The notes below the pieces were generated by a model. It was not told the origin of the DNA. It saw nothing but the letters and a program-made list of their open reading frames with translations, and ran no database searches. The translations under genes were made by a program, and so were the position numbers. A stretch of DNA of 64,000 bases, from the IMG/VR virus record IMGVR_UViG_3300027733_000042, positions 1-64,000 of that record. One strand, written 5' to 3'. Shown in pieces: positions 6,709-16,235 of this stretch. Positions within the stretch are counted from its first letter, which is position 1, and every line of letters begins with the position of its first letter. The stretch is from a virus.

Positions 6709-7009
6709 TTGTAGTTATTGTAAATTCACCAAGTTGCTTTTTAGGATGCAACTCGCTACTAATTTTTCGAAGAATCGCATTTACACGATCACTACATTTA
6801 CCGTCAAGCCACATTGTTCCATTATTTCTGCAAGTAAATGTGCGTTGCGCATCATCCATGCATTCAAATTTAAAAGAATCTGAAGTATCATGAATTACAC
6901 CAAAATGGAAAATGAATACTTCTCTCGAATAATAGTCTGGCTTTGCTTCTGCAAATTTTGTCAGAACATCGTAAACTTTCTCAGCAATATTGGTTGGTAA
7001 CTTTTGCAT
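6698..7009 (-). CDS. Hypothetical protein
   Basis: 103-aa ORF in the same operon. Confidence 0.7.
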   Translation of the reverse strand: MQKLPTNIAEKVYDVLTKFAEAKPDYYSREVFIFHFGVIHDTSDSFKFECMDDAQRTFTCRNNGTMWLDGKCSDRVNAILRKISSELHPKKQLGEFTITTNAV

Positions 7010-7015
7010 TATTTC

Positions 7016-7216
7016 TTATTTAAGAACATCCATGATTTTCGATTCCTGAACGCTGGCTACTGCAAATTCTGCAATAGAATCTTTAAATCGAGCAGTCAAT
7101 TTAGTTTCAGCTTCTGAGATTGACTCAGCTGCGACTAGATACTGTTCTTTAATTGTTTTTGTGCGACCTGAACGGTCATCGATTGTTTCAAATTTTACAG
7201 TTGCTATGTAATACAT
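7016..7216 (-). CDS. DUF4494-like small protein (Bacteroidota family)
   Basis: ATVKFE..SGRTKTIKEQYLVAAESISEAETKL..F.V..V.ES.I.DV pattern. Confidence 0.7.
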   Translation of the reverse strand: MYYIATVKFETIDDRSGRTKTIKEQYLVAAESISEAETKLTARFKDSIAEFAVASVQESKIMDVLK

Positions 7217-7219
7217 AAT

Positions 7220-7393
7220 CTATTTTGTTTTTTTGTTTGTTTTTCTTATTTTATCAATATATGCATGACACTCGCTTGGACCAAGAAGAGCATCATATTT
7301 GTCTAGTCGACGAAAAAATTCATCGTGCCCGGCTTCTTTATATTCCTGCTTAAGAGTTTTAAGATCAGGTAAATATCTTTTTTCGAATCCCAT
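7220..7393 (-). CDS. Small hypothetical protein (57 aa, MGFEKRYLPDL...)
   Basis: Read by eye. Exactly fills the gap between the ligase and the DUF4494-like gene. Confidence 0.65.
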   Translation of the reverse strand: MGFEKRYLPDLKTLKQEYKEAGHDEFFRRLDKYDALLGPSECHAYIDKIRKTNKKTK

Positions 7394-7397
7394 GTTA

Positions 7398-8681
7398 TTA
7401 TATACTCCGAGTTTTTCCGTGGTTTATCTTGAAGACTGGAAAACGTAAAGAATTGTTACCATGCTGATCAGTAGTCTCCTCAAAATAAGTAACTGTTATG
7501 ATTGCATCAACTATTTTTTCAGGATGGTCATAATATTCACGGCGTTCATTTATTGAAAATCCACTGCCTACTTGAACTCGATTTCCTTTATGCTCAATAA
7601 TAACTGCACTTAGCATTGTCTCCTCGACTTCACGTTCATTTACGATAACTCGCTGTGGACCCATAATCGTTTCAACTACTCTATATTCGGCATCAAAAAA
7701 TTCTTTAAGCTTTAGCATATTTTTTGTGCGATCGCCTTCATAACCAACGTCACGACGTGCAATCAATCCTTCCCATCCACGTTCTTTTGCAGTCTGTCTA
7801 AAATCAAGTACATTCTGTTCAGTGTAGACTCTAGTTTGAGGTAATGTTGCAAGAATAGGTGAATCAGTAAAGATATGACGATGTCTTCTGTACTGTAATT
7901 TTTCTTCTCCGTGACCATTATCGAATTCTTCAAGTGTTAGGCAATCAAATACCCAATATCTAGGTTTTTGAATAGTATGATCTTTACGCTGAATCTGTTT
8001 CAGGATTCCCTGGAAGTCATCTGTGCCATCTTCATTCATCATGCATATTTCACCATCCAACACACAATCGTTTAACCCCAGGCGTTCTATTTCCTCTCTG
8101 ACTTTTCCAAGAGTTTCAAATTCTTTACCGTTTCTTGAAAAGAACTTAACACTACCATTTCTAATTATTACGATACACCGAACTCCATCTAATTTACGCG
8201 AAATATACCAAGTACCATCGGCCAGGTTGACCTTTTTAGCTTTGGTAAAATCATATGCAAGTGCGACATCAAATGTAGGAATTAATCCGGGAACAACTCG
8301 ATTAATCAGACTAGTTGTTGCTCTGGTTTCAAGGTTACGATCGATTATTTGGTAGATTAGATAATCGAATTTTGAATATTGTGCAATAAAATTATTAACA
8401 GCTTCAATTGCATTGTGACCAGTAAGATGACGATCATTTAAGTCGTCCAGTAAATAGAAAAGATTGTCATATACATCAACTGCTGCCGTAAGATCTGATC
8501 TCTTTTTAAGATTAGCAGAAGTTACACCATATTGTTTATATGGGTGATATGTGTATTTCAACACATTGCAGATGAATTCGTCACCTGAATACTTTTTAAG
8601 AATTTCGATTTTGTGATTTGTCGAATTTGAGGAGTTCATCTCAGCGATGAAATTTGCAAGATTCTCGAAACGATCAGTCAT
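7398..8681 (-). CDS. lig: ATP-dependent DNA ligase
   Basis: Motif I RKLDGVRC, SRNGKEF, VLDGEI, YWVFD, WEGLIAR, LKLK, OB fold VGSGFS, SLRFPVF. Confidence 0.96.
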   Translation of the reverse strand: MTDRFENLANFIAEMNSSNSTNHKIEILKKYSGDEFICNVLKYTYHPYKQYGVTSANLKKRSDLTAAVDVYDNLFYLLDDLNDRHLTGHNAIEAVNNFIAQYSKFDYLIYQIIDRNLETRATTSLINRVVPGLIPTFDVALAYDFTKAKKVNLADGTWYISRKLDGVRCIVIIRNGSVKFFSRNGKEFETLGKVREEIERLGLNDCVLDGEICMMNEDGTDDFQGILKQIQRKDHTIQKPRYWVFDCLTLEEFDNGHGEEKLQYRRHRHIFTDSPILATLPQTRVYTEQNVLDFRQTAKERGWEGLIARRDVGYEGDRTKNMLKLKEFFDAEYRVVETIMGPQRVIVNEREVEETMLSAVIIEHKGNRVQVGSGFSINERREYYDHPEKIVDAIITVTYFEETTDQHGNNSLRFPVFKINHGKTRSI

Positions 8682-8730
8682 AATAGTATAATATTGGTGT
8701 ATTACTATTATACTAAATTATTGTAGTTAA

Positions 8731-9171
8731 TTAAATAGTAAGGTCACAATTATCACTTCCATGTTTATCAAACCAACCGGCAGTAAGCTCGACTGCAAAT
8801 CTGGCAGGTTTTTTACTAAAATATCTTGGCAGTTTATGATCAGCTTCGCCAGTAGTCGGCACCATTGTTTCGTGACCAACATATCGCATTGCAGAATCAA
8901 AGAAGATTATATCTAATGGAAAGCGTACGTCCTTCATCCAAAAAGACAGAGGTTGATTTCCATCATATATAAAGATAATTCCTTCACCTTCTTCCGGCTC
9001 AGATGTCGCTCCCATAAATCCTTTTGCTTGACTCTGAGCAGTTGCTGCAACTTTTAATCGCAAGGTTTTACCAGCAATTTTTGCGTCAATCTCTTTACCA
9101 TCTACCTGATTCTTTTTGCAGAATTCTTCAAATAGTGGCACTGTTTTATTATGTCGATACTCGCTCATCAT
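8731..9171 (-). CDS. DUF192 family protein
   Basis: VAAT..SQAKGFM..GIIFIY...LSFWMKDVRFPLDIIFFD...PARFAVELTAG. Confidence 0.9.
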   Translation of the reverse strand: MMSEYRHNKTVPLFEEFCKKNQVDGKEIDAKIAGKTLRLKVAATAQSQAKGFMGATSEPEEGEGIIFIYDGNQPLSFWMKDVRFPLDIIFFDSAMRYVGHETMVPTTGEADHKLPRYFSKKPARFAVELTAGWFDKHGSDNCDLTI

Positions 9172-9198
9172 AATTATTTATTTCAGTTCTGTGAAAAT

Positions 9199-9230
9199 AA
9201 AAAACGAGTGATCGCATATGCGCCCACTCG
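9199..9230 (-). terminator. Intrinsic terminator
   Basis: CGAGTG-GGCGCATATGCGAT-CACTCG-TTTTTT after the 9258-9644 gene. Confidence 0.75.
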
Positions 9231-9257
9231 CTTGTGTTTAATTATATTAGTTGTGAA

Positions 9258-9644
9258 TTACTTTGCAGGTTCTTCTTCAGGTGCTTCTTCTCCTTCTGGA
9301 GCTTCTTCGCCTTCTGGAGCTTCTTCGCCTTCTTTTCCTTCTTCCTCTTCGCCTTCTTCACCACCTTCAAGTTTTTCAACTCTTTCAGTTAAGTCTTCAA
9401 TCATAGCTTTTAAACTATCAAGAGTTACAGGTTCAGTTTCTTCTCCTTCTGGAGCTTCTTCTCCTTCTGGAGCTTCTTCTTCCTCTGGATTAGCTCCAAA
9501 TTTAGCGTCAGTATTCCAATCATCGAGTGATTCAATTTTATTGTTTACGATTCCGGCAGGGTTACTGTTTTTTGGGCTATAATCACCCATATCTTGTTCA
9601 TTTACACAGGTTTTCATAAAGCCTGCAAAGTTCTTTACTCTCAT
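9258..9644 (-). CDS. Very acidic small protein with EEAPEG repeats (possible head core/internal protein)
   Basis: Two blocks of 18-bp repeats encoding EEAPEG. N-terminal KNFAGFM..VNE motif. Preceded by GATAAATA (9664-9671). Confidence 0.75.
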   Translation of the reverse strand: MRVKNFAGFMKTCVNEQDMGDYSPKNSNPAGIVNNKIESLDDWNTDAKFGANPEEEEAPEGEEAPEGEETEPVTLDSLKAMIEDLTERVEKLEGGEEGEEEEGKEGEEAPEGEEAPEGEEAPEEEPAK

Positions 9645-9678
9645 TGTTAATTCAATTTTTTATTATTTATCTGATAAA

Positions 9679-10182
9679 TTAACTCGTTTTCTCAGTTTGT
9701 AACTCAGCTTTAAGCAAATTGATCTTTTCATCGATTTTACGAATTGCCTCCATTGATTGACGAAACATCATCGATACTGAAAATAATCGTTGTGCAGACT
9801 CGATACCCTTTCCGCTAATCTTCGTTAAGAAGAAATTAATTGGTTCAATAGTAGATGCAGGTAATTGAATTTTAATAGGTGTGGAGTCTTTTGGGTCCAT
9901 TGCTTGTAACGTATTGTCAAGTGTTAAGACTGACATGATTATCAAGTATGCTTCATTTGGGCCTTTCCATTCAACTTTCTGATTGATTGTATTTTTAAGG
10001 AATTTTAAATCAGCATGATTGATTCGAACTTCGAATTCACCAGTACGGCGATTAATCAATTGATTTAATTGGTCTTGCGGAGTTACCGGTTCAGCGATTG
10101 CGTCGTCTTGAACTGGTGTAACAGCCGGTGTAGCAACTAGAGTTTCTTCTGCGCTTACTGTTGTGTTTTCGGTATTTTCCAT
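9679..10182 (-). CDS. Hypothetical protein
   Basis: 167-aa ORF. Confidence 0.75.
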   Translation of the reverse strand: MENTENTTVSAEETLVATPAVTPVQDDAIAEPVTPQDQLNQLINRRTGEFEVRINHADLKFLKNTINQKVEWKGPNEAYLIIMSVLTLDNTLQAMDPKDSTPIKIQLPASTIEPINFFLTKISGKGIESAQRLFSVSMMFRQSMEAIRKIDEKINLLKAELQTEKTS

Positions 10183-10227
10183 TTTTAGAATATTTTAATC
10201 TATTCTACTTAGGACAAGTAAATGGTT

Positions 10228-11916
10228 TTATGCCAGAGCAGCAGGTTCGACGTCTATTGTAAAATTTTTCTCAATTTGCTTGGCATTTGCATAAGTTTCA
10301 GTACCTTTAACTTCTTTGCCGCCTGCGTTCGCTTTAACAAATGCGTATGTCGCATCTTCTTGATTAGTAAAGCTATTTGGGTCTAAATTTAATCTCTTTA
10401 CTCCATTAATAAGTAAGGAAACTGCAACCTTTGCTGCAGTAGCTTTATCATTTAATAGATCGGGGTTATTTACAAGATCAAGACCAACTTCTTTACCATA
10501 TTTGTCATATAAATACTTAAACGTTACTCCATTAAATCCGCGACCACGATATTTATATCCATCGCCAGGTGAAGTGTTTCCAGTTTCCCAACCAAGAAAA
10601 GATTTTGCTTCAGGTCCATAAATTACATCATAGAATTTTACATTGTCTTTTTTCAATTCTTCCAATTGAGGATCCGTGAATCGGGTAAGTCGTGCACCAA
10701 ATATTCCTCGTAGTCTGGAATTATCAGTTCCGCTATAACTATATTCTGATTTTGGGATAAATCCGCTTTCTTTACCAATAACTGAAAGTATTCCAACTTG
10801 TGAATATGGATTTGTTAAATTTTCTTTTTCCATCTCACCAATTAAAATATTGATATTTGCTGCTTTATCTCCAGTATATGTCGATTTAATTTTTCCACCA
10901 GCTACACTAATTGTATTTGGTACAGTCTTATTTGGAGTACTTCCAAATAGCGCAGAATATGTCTGCGGCCCAACTATTCCATCAACTCCAATATTACTTG
11001 CAGTTTGAAATGCTTTTACCGCATTATATGTATCTTTATCAAATTCTCCATTTGGCTCCTTAGTAAGAAGCCCTTTTTCTTTTAACTTCTTCTGAAGCTC
11101 AGTGACTGCATCACCAGTTGATCCAGACTTAAGTAATTTTGCGCCAGATTGAATTTGTGCCATTGTGATATCTTGTTTATTTTTACTGTTTACTGTGGTA
11201 ATCATCGTTGCGACAAACTCGCGATCCGTCATCTTGCCTGAAGACCAGTCAGTAAGCGCAGCCAATGGCATGCCAGCCGAATCTGATAACTCTTTCTTAT
11301 TTTCAGGCGATAGTGCATTAATTTGATCTTTATTTTTAAGATATTGAATCGTATTTGGTTTAGCCATTGCTGCATCAATTTGTGCATCACTTGGAGAATT
11401 AGCTGAATATGCAGTAGACTGAGTTTGTCCTTTTATGTCTTGTACACTAGCCGTATGTTCCCAATGCCATGGTTCTCTAGGAATATTTGAAAATCCATAT
11501 GTTGCGGCATTCGCTTTTAACCAATTTAATGATTTATCGTAATTTGCTTGTTGTTCTTGTGATAGCGGACGTTGTGCTCCAGGACCTGCAAGATTTAGAT
11601 CGACTGCGCTACCCCAACCATGATTAGATGTGCCAGGTGTTGCGGCTAGTCCGCCTTTTGAATATAATCCTTTTTCATCAGCAAGTTTTTGTTGTATTGC
11701 AAGAGTTCGATACGAATCTGTAATTCCCCAAGTAACACCATCTTTTTTTGCAGCATCCACCATTTTTGAGTAAGCGTCAGCTGCTGTTGGGTTTAACTTA
11801 TGATTTGATGAATCTCCAGGTAAAGTTGGAATAATATCTAGAGTATCTGCCGAGAGTTGTCCGTTCGACGCTTCATGTATTGCCTTCCATTTATTATAAT
11901 TTACAAGATATGTCAT
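10228..11916 (-). CDS. Multi-domain peptidoglycan hydrolase: M15 (VanY-like) peptidase + PG-binding domain + GH19/lysozyme-like domain
   Basis: SYRT..QQKL..AATPGTSNHGWGSAVD..EPWHW. LKSGSTGDAVTELQKKL..AVKAFQ..VDGIVGPQT. KESG..GDGYKYRGRGFNGVT..Y..LVNNPDLL. Confidence 0.9.
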   Translation of the reverse strand: MTYLVNYNKWKAIHEASNGQLSADTLDIIPTLPGDSSNHKLNPTAADAYSKMVDAAKKDGVTWGITDSYRTLAIQQKLADEKGLYSKGGLAATPGTSNHGWGSAVDLNLAGPGAQRPLSQEQQANYDKSLNWLKANAATYGFSNIPREPWHWEHTASVQDIKGQTQSTAYSANSPSDAQIDAAMAKPNTIQYLKNKDQINALSPENKKELSDSAGMPLAALTDWSSGKMTDREFVATMITTVNSKNKQDITMAQIQSGAKLLKSGSTGDAVTELQKKLKEKGLLTKEPNGEFDKDTYNAVKAFQTASNIGVDGIVGPQTYSALFGSTPNKTVPNTISVAGGKIKSTYTGDKAANINILIGEMEKENLTNPYSQVGILSVIGKESGFIPKSEYSYSGTDNSRLRGIFGARLTRFTDPQLEELKKDNVKFYDVIYGPEAKSFLGWETGNTSPGDGYKYRGRGFNGVTFKYLYDKYGKEVGLDLVNNPDLLNDKATAAKVAVSLLINGVKRLNLDPNSFTNQEDATYAFVKANAGGKEVKGTETYANAKQIEKNFTIDVEPAALA

Positions 11917-11935
11917 CGACTAATATTCTTTTCTT

Positions 11936-12445
11936 TTATTTATTTCCGCCTAACACAAGAAGTCGGTCTAATATAATTAGTTGTGATCGTGTGATAATTG
12001 GATACGCTTCTTCTGGAGTAACAAATTTTGCCCAATCGACCTCTTCAATTTGGAGTTGGCTTATTGGCACACGTTCTGTTTCTAAGCCGATTTCAGAAAG
12101 ATCATTTATTTTACAGATAAAATAGATGAGTTGTCGTTCAACTTTACGCGTTTTACTATAAAAATTAACTAGCTCTGGACTGGGATCGAGCTGTCCAGCA
12201 TCTAATATTATTCCAGTTTCTTCGCGTAATTCACGAAGAGCAGCAGTAATCGGTTCTTCACCAGCTTCCATGCTTCCTTTTGGGATCCCGCAAATTCCAC
12301 GTTGCCATGTACCACCAGTTGGGTGTACTAATAATATTTTATTTTGATAGATTATCGCGACGCCGGCTGCCATTCTCTTTTTCAAGTTAGGATTAATGTC
12401 TTCGTAACCTTCACTGATATAGTCGTTAAAGTTCAGAATTACCAT
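11936..12445 (-). CDS. Nudix hydrolase
   Basis: Nudix box GSMEAGEEPITAALRELREETG. Confidence 0.93.
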   Translation of the reverse strand: MVILNFNDYISEGYEDINPNLKKRMAAGVAIIYQNKILLVHPTGGTWQRGICGIPKGSMEAGEEPITAALRELREETGIILDAGQLDPSPELVNFYSKTRKVERQLIYFICKINDLSEIGLETERVPISQLQIEEVDWAKFVTPEEAYPIITRSQLIILDRLLVLGGNK

Positions 12446-12617
12446 ACTTTATATTCTTATATTTTGCTAATTGTAATGCTTCTCTCTTTTTAACAGATGG
12501 TTTCTTAAAAGTCTTGCGATCTCGAAGCTCACGAATAGTACCTACCTGATCGCTCTTCTGTCGATATAACTTAAGACATGCCTCTATTTTTTTATTATTA
12601 CAATTTATGATAATCAC
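12426..12617 (-). CDS. rpsU: 30S ribosomal protein bS21
   Basis: 63 aa, basic: IEACLKLYRQK..GTIRELRDRKTFKKPSVKKRE, the bS21 R..F.KPS..R signature. Confidence 0.88.
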   Translation of the reverse strand: MIIINCNNKKIEACLKLYRQKSDQVGTIRELRDRKTFKKPSVKKREALQLAKYKNIKYGNSEL

Positions 12618-13465
12618 TAGTCTGCGTATTTTTTAAAATCAATTGAATGTTTTGGTTTAAGTAAAGCAGAGTCATAATATCTCTTCTTGTAATACGGTTT
12701 TATGTATGTTTCAAATAATTGGGTTTTAAACCAATTTGGTAATTTGGCAACATAAAAATCTTCGTACGCGTTTTCGTACATTTTTATACTTTGTGATGGA
12801 CTTAGGTTTAGAGAAGTTGAAATTGCATCTAAGTATAAATTATCACCAGACTCAACTAGTCCAAGATGATAGAAATCTAGTGGGTATTCTGAGGCGATTG
12901 ATTCAATTATTGTATTTACTTGATCTAAGTATTTGAATCTTGAAGGATTAATATCAAACCCTAGAGTATTTGTTTTTTCTTGAACATGAATCGGTCTGTC
13001 TTTAAATGCCAGCACATCGAATCGCGTATTAGGTATCTTCTTTTCTCTAAATATTGGGAAGTGTCTTTCTGATTTTCTAAATTTTCCAAATGTTTTGAAG
13101 ATCTCGGAATTATCACCATCAACTCCGGTGACAGGAAATTTTAAACCTTTGACTTTTGATCGGTCAATTGTTGATTTAGGGATAAATTGATTGCCGCCAA
13201 GCTTTTCACAAAGTTCTTCGTATGTTGGAATCGGTTTAGTATTGAATATATAACTTTCATTTACAGTATCTGTAGGATATTTAAAATTATTCCATAAAAT
13301 GACTGGTGCAGTTGAACTCAATGCTCGAGTTTCTGAAGACTCTGTGATATGGTTAAATACGTCTACTCCATAATTCTCAGAGCAAGCTAGAACTACGCGT
13401 TTTTCAAAATTCTTTGGATCTTTTGAATAATATGCTGCATAATCTGTAAAATTCTTTAGTTTCAC
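12617..13465 (-). CDS. Hypothetical protein, possibly a degenerate ATP-grasp (RimK-like) fold
   Basis: FIPKS..LKFPV, RFDVLAF, LDFYHLGLV..LYLDAIST resemble ATP-grasp strands but lack the catalytic K and ExN residues. Confidence 0.45.
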   Translation of the reverse strand: MKLKNFTDYAAYYSKDPKNFEKRVVLACSENYGVDVFNHITESSETRALSSTAPVILWNNFKYPTDTVNESYIFNTKPIPTYEELCEKLGGNQFIPKSTIDRSKVKGLKFPVTGVDGDNSEIFKTFGKFRKSERHFPIFREKKIPNTRFDVLAFKDRPIHVQEKTNTLGFDINPSRFKYLDQVNTIIESIASEYPLDFYHLGLVESGDNLYLDAISTSLNLSPSQSIKMYENAYEDFYVAKLPNWFKTQLFETYIKPYYKKRYYDSALLKPKHSIDFKKYAD

Positions 13466-13482
13466 GAGAATAGTCTTTTTAT

Positions 13483-13503
13483 TATTTATCGCGAGGATAA
13501 ATA
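13483..13503. promoter_or_regulatory. Back-to-back divergent late promoters (GATAAATA on each strand)
   Basis: TATTTATC-GCGAG-GATAAATA between divergent genes. Confidence 0.7.
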
Positions 13504-13519
13504 AAATAAAGTATTTTTC

Positions 13520-14614
13520 ATGATTAAGTCATTCAATAATTGGTCCTCGTTAACCGAAGCTATCGCCAAAGGTAAAGATACAATGACCGACCCTACATCT
13601 GGCAAGACACATAAGATTACATATAAGGTTCAATCCAATACTAAATTTGTTATGAAAATAATTAACGATTTAGATGTAATTGACGCATCAAATAAATTAA
13701 CTGCAACTGGAATAGAGGCAATTAAAAACTATCTTAATGATGAAGATCAATTTACGATGACACTCGGTCAATTGACTCCTTCTTTCTTTACTAAAAAATT
13801 CATCGTTTATACTATTTTAAAAGATGGTGAGTTATTTGGGAGAACTAAACAGAAGATTCAATTTGAAATTATTGATAGAAATGATGCCTCTGGAGCACCA
13901 GTACACCCAAACATTACTGCAGGTATTCAATTTATTGACGATGTGAGTTTCAAAGCACTTTCAACTCTTGCACCAGCAATTGTTACTGATCTACTAAATA
14001 CTGCAAATCAAGCGCAACTTCCCGATCCAGCAGCAGACGATGCTAAAGCAAAGGATGCCGGAAATAACGAAACAAAGAAAGAACAGGGTAAGAAATTCCT
14101 GTATACTATGCGAACAAATAGTAAACTTTATAAAATGGAGTTTATTGAAAATGGTTCAATTACTGCAAAGACGCAAGACGGGTCTGATCCAAACGGAACA
14201 GTATCATATGATACACAAAACAAGAAAGTAATGTGGACAACTACATTAGATGATGCTGAATCAAAAGACAGTAAATTATCTAAGAGTACATCAACTCCAT
14301 TATTTAGTGATTCTGAAATAACAAATACTCAAGATAAAACATTTTTGGAGAAAATGTTCACAGATGCTGCATTTAGAAAGAAAACAATTGATGACTACGA
14401 AAAAGACTATGCATCGACTGAATTAACACCAGAAAATCTTCGTAAAATGTTATTTTATAAAGATGGAAAATCAATTTTTGGTACAAATGCTCCTGCTGAA
14501 ACTCCAGGAGCAGCAACTGCTGGACTAAGTAAAGATAAAGAGAATGCAATTATTAAAGGATTAGCAGATCTTAAAACATCATTTAATACTCCTGCCCCTG
14601 CAAAAACTGCTTAA
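13520..14614 (+). CDS. Hypothetical protein, probable head-packaged protein
   Basis: 364-aa ORF, N-terminal MIKSFNNWSSLTE motif, late promoter. Confidence 0.75.
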   Translation: MIKSFNNWSSLTEAIAKGKDTMTDPTSGKTHKITYKVQSNTKFVMKIINDLDVIDASNKLTATGIEAIKNYLNDEDQFTMTLGQLTPSFFTKKFIVYTILKDGELFGRTKQKIQFEIIDRNDASGAPVHPNITAGIQFIDDVSFKALSTLAPAIVTDLLNTANQAQLPDPAADDAKAKDAGNNETKKEQGKKFLYTMRTNSKLYKMEFIENGSITAKTQDGSDPNGTVSYDTQNKKVMWTTTLDDAESKDSKLSKSTSTPLFSDSEITNTQDKTFLEKMFTDAAFRKKTIDDYEKDYASTELTPENLRKMLFYKDGKSIFGTNAPAETPGAATAGLSKDKENAIIKGLADLKTSFNTPAPAKTA

Positions 14615-14630
14615 AAATAACATATATTAC

Positions 14631-16235
14631 ATGTTTTTAGATAAACGACAATACACACAAATCTATGAAAATTACTTAAATCCAGTTCTTGAACAGGGAC
14701 CTGCTGTAATTTCAGACGATTTAAACACTCGACTTAAAGGGTATTTAGATAATGACCAACTTCTTACGAAGCTCGGAGAAATCCTAACTGCTCACGACAA
14801 AGGAGAATATGAATTAACTGATCTTGATAAAAAGACATTTGGTATATCTGACGAAGATAGACTATTTGTAAAGGTTGATAAATCAGAAAAGGGTGATCCT
14901 AAGTTTTTTATGTGGATCATGAATGATCAGTTTCTATGGGGCGATCTAGATATGGAAACAGCAGCAGCTATCTTAAAAGCCGGCGGTGAAGGAACTGACT
15001 GGACAGAACGCGGAGTAATTGGTTCAATTGGAAGTTTCTTTGGAGGAAATGGTTCTGGTGATGCTGGAACAGATGAAGGAACAATTGCATCTCTTGCTGG
15101 AGCATTCGCACAGATTGCTGCAGAAAAGAGTGTCGATCCACAAATCTATTTTGATAAACTTGATGCTGTTTTCAAAGATAAGTATAACAAGTCAATTAAA
15201 GATTTTATGGAAGAGGAATTTAGCGGGTATGGAGAAGTAGTTTCATGTAATCTATATCGTCGTAAAATTGAAGCATCAGTATTACGGGGATTGAATATTT
15301 GGAGTATACTCGGAGATGTAGCATTAACTATTGTTACCTTTGGAGGATCTGCATCATTTACTGCAGGTTTAAAAGGTGCAGAAATTGCAAACGCTACATC
15401 AAAGGCAAGTAAATTAGCAAAAGCAACTGGCATGGCACAGGCAAGTGCAACACTCGGTAGAGGAATTGGAGCGTTAGCTGATATTACAAGATTAAGTGCA
15501 GTATTTGCAAAATTAGAAAAAGCACGTCAAATTGCAGCTTTAGAAAAAATTGGAGTATCTGCAGGAAAAACGATTGAATATAATCGTGGTGGAAAAATGA
15601 TAGCGCATGAAGTTGTTTCAGTAGGCGAAGGCGAAGTTAAATTAATGGTAAAAGGAACGAAACAGACTTTCTCTACACCATTTGAAAGAGTACCTGGATA
15701 TCTTACTCCGGAAAAAGCAACCGAGTTATTTACCGTTGCTGGAGTTAATTTAACTCCAATGGGAGTTCTAGCAGCTAAAAAGGCAGGAGATATTGGAACA
15801 TCTGGTTCAACTCCAGCTGGCGCTGAAGAGCCTGGAATAGCAACAAAGGGTGCAGAAGCTATGGGATGGTATGATACAATGGCGGCAGATCCGAGTGCAT
15901 ATATTGCAAATGCAAAACAGCAAGGAGCATCAGATATTGCATCAATGTTACTTGATCTTAAAAACGGTAGCGGATTATTTGGAAACACTACTGACCAAGA
16001 AGAGTGTTCAATTGCTTTACTTATTACTGGATTAACTCCAGAAATGGCAAAAGAAGTTAGTATCGCATACGGAAAGATTGATGCTAAAATGAATGTCTAT
16101 GCAGTATTAGATGATGAACTTGGTGGAGATATTGCAACCCTAGCAAAAGCATACTGGACAGGTTGTACCGGCGAAGGTGATGAATATAAAGAATCAATCA
16201 CAAATTTACTTGAAAAGATTAAGAAGAAAGATTAA
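14631..16235 (+). CDS. Protein with two annexin-like repeats flanking a hydrophobic Gly/Ala-rich segment
   Basis: AGTDEGTI..FKDKYNKSIKDFMEEEFSG and GNTTDQEECSI..AYGKI..VLDDELGGD. Hydrophobic WSILGDVALTIVTFGG. Confidence 0.6.
   Translation: MFLDKRQYTQIYENYLNPVLEQGPAVISDDLNTRLKGYLDNDQLLTKLGEILTAHDKGEYELTDLDKKTFGISDEDRLFVKVDKSEKGDPKFFMWIMNDQFLWGDLDMETAAAILKAGGEGTDWTERGVIGSIGSFFGGNGSGDAGTDEGTIASLAGAFAQIAAEKSVDPQIYFDKLDAVFKDKYNKSIKDFMEEEFSGYGEVVSCNLYRRKIEASVLRGLNIWSILGDVALTIVTFGGSASFTAGLKGAEIANATSKASKLAKATGMAQASATLGRGIGALADITRLSAVFAKLEKARQIAALEKIGVSAGKTIEYNRGGKMIAHEVVSVGEGEVKLMVKGTKQTFSTPFERVPGYLTPEKATELFTVAGVNLTPMGVLAAKKAGDIGTSGSTPAGAEEPGIATKGAEAMGWYDTMAADPSAYIANAKQQGASDIASMLLDLKNGSGLFGNTTDQEECSIALLITGLTPEMAKEVSIAYGKIDAKMNVYAVLDDELGGDIATLAKAYWTGCTGEGDEYKESITNLLEKIKKKD

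Noticed and set aside
9270-9490. Tandem repeats as a CRISPR array
   Set aside because: They are in-frame 18-bp coding repeats without unique spacers. No CRISPR array was seen in the window.
10228-10250. C-terminal PAALA as an ssrA-like degron on the hydrolase
   Set aside because: Too short to distinguish from chance without conservation data.
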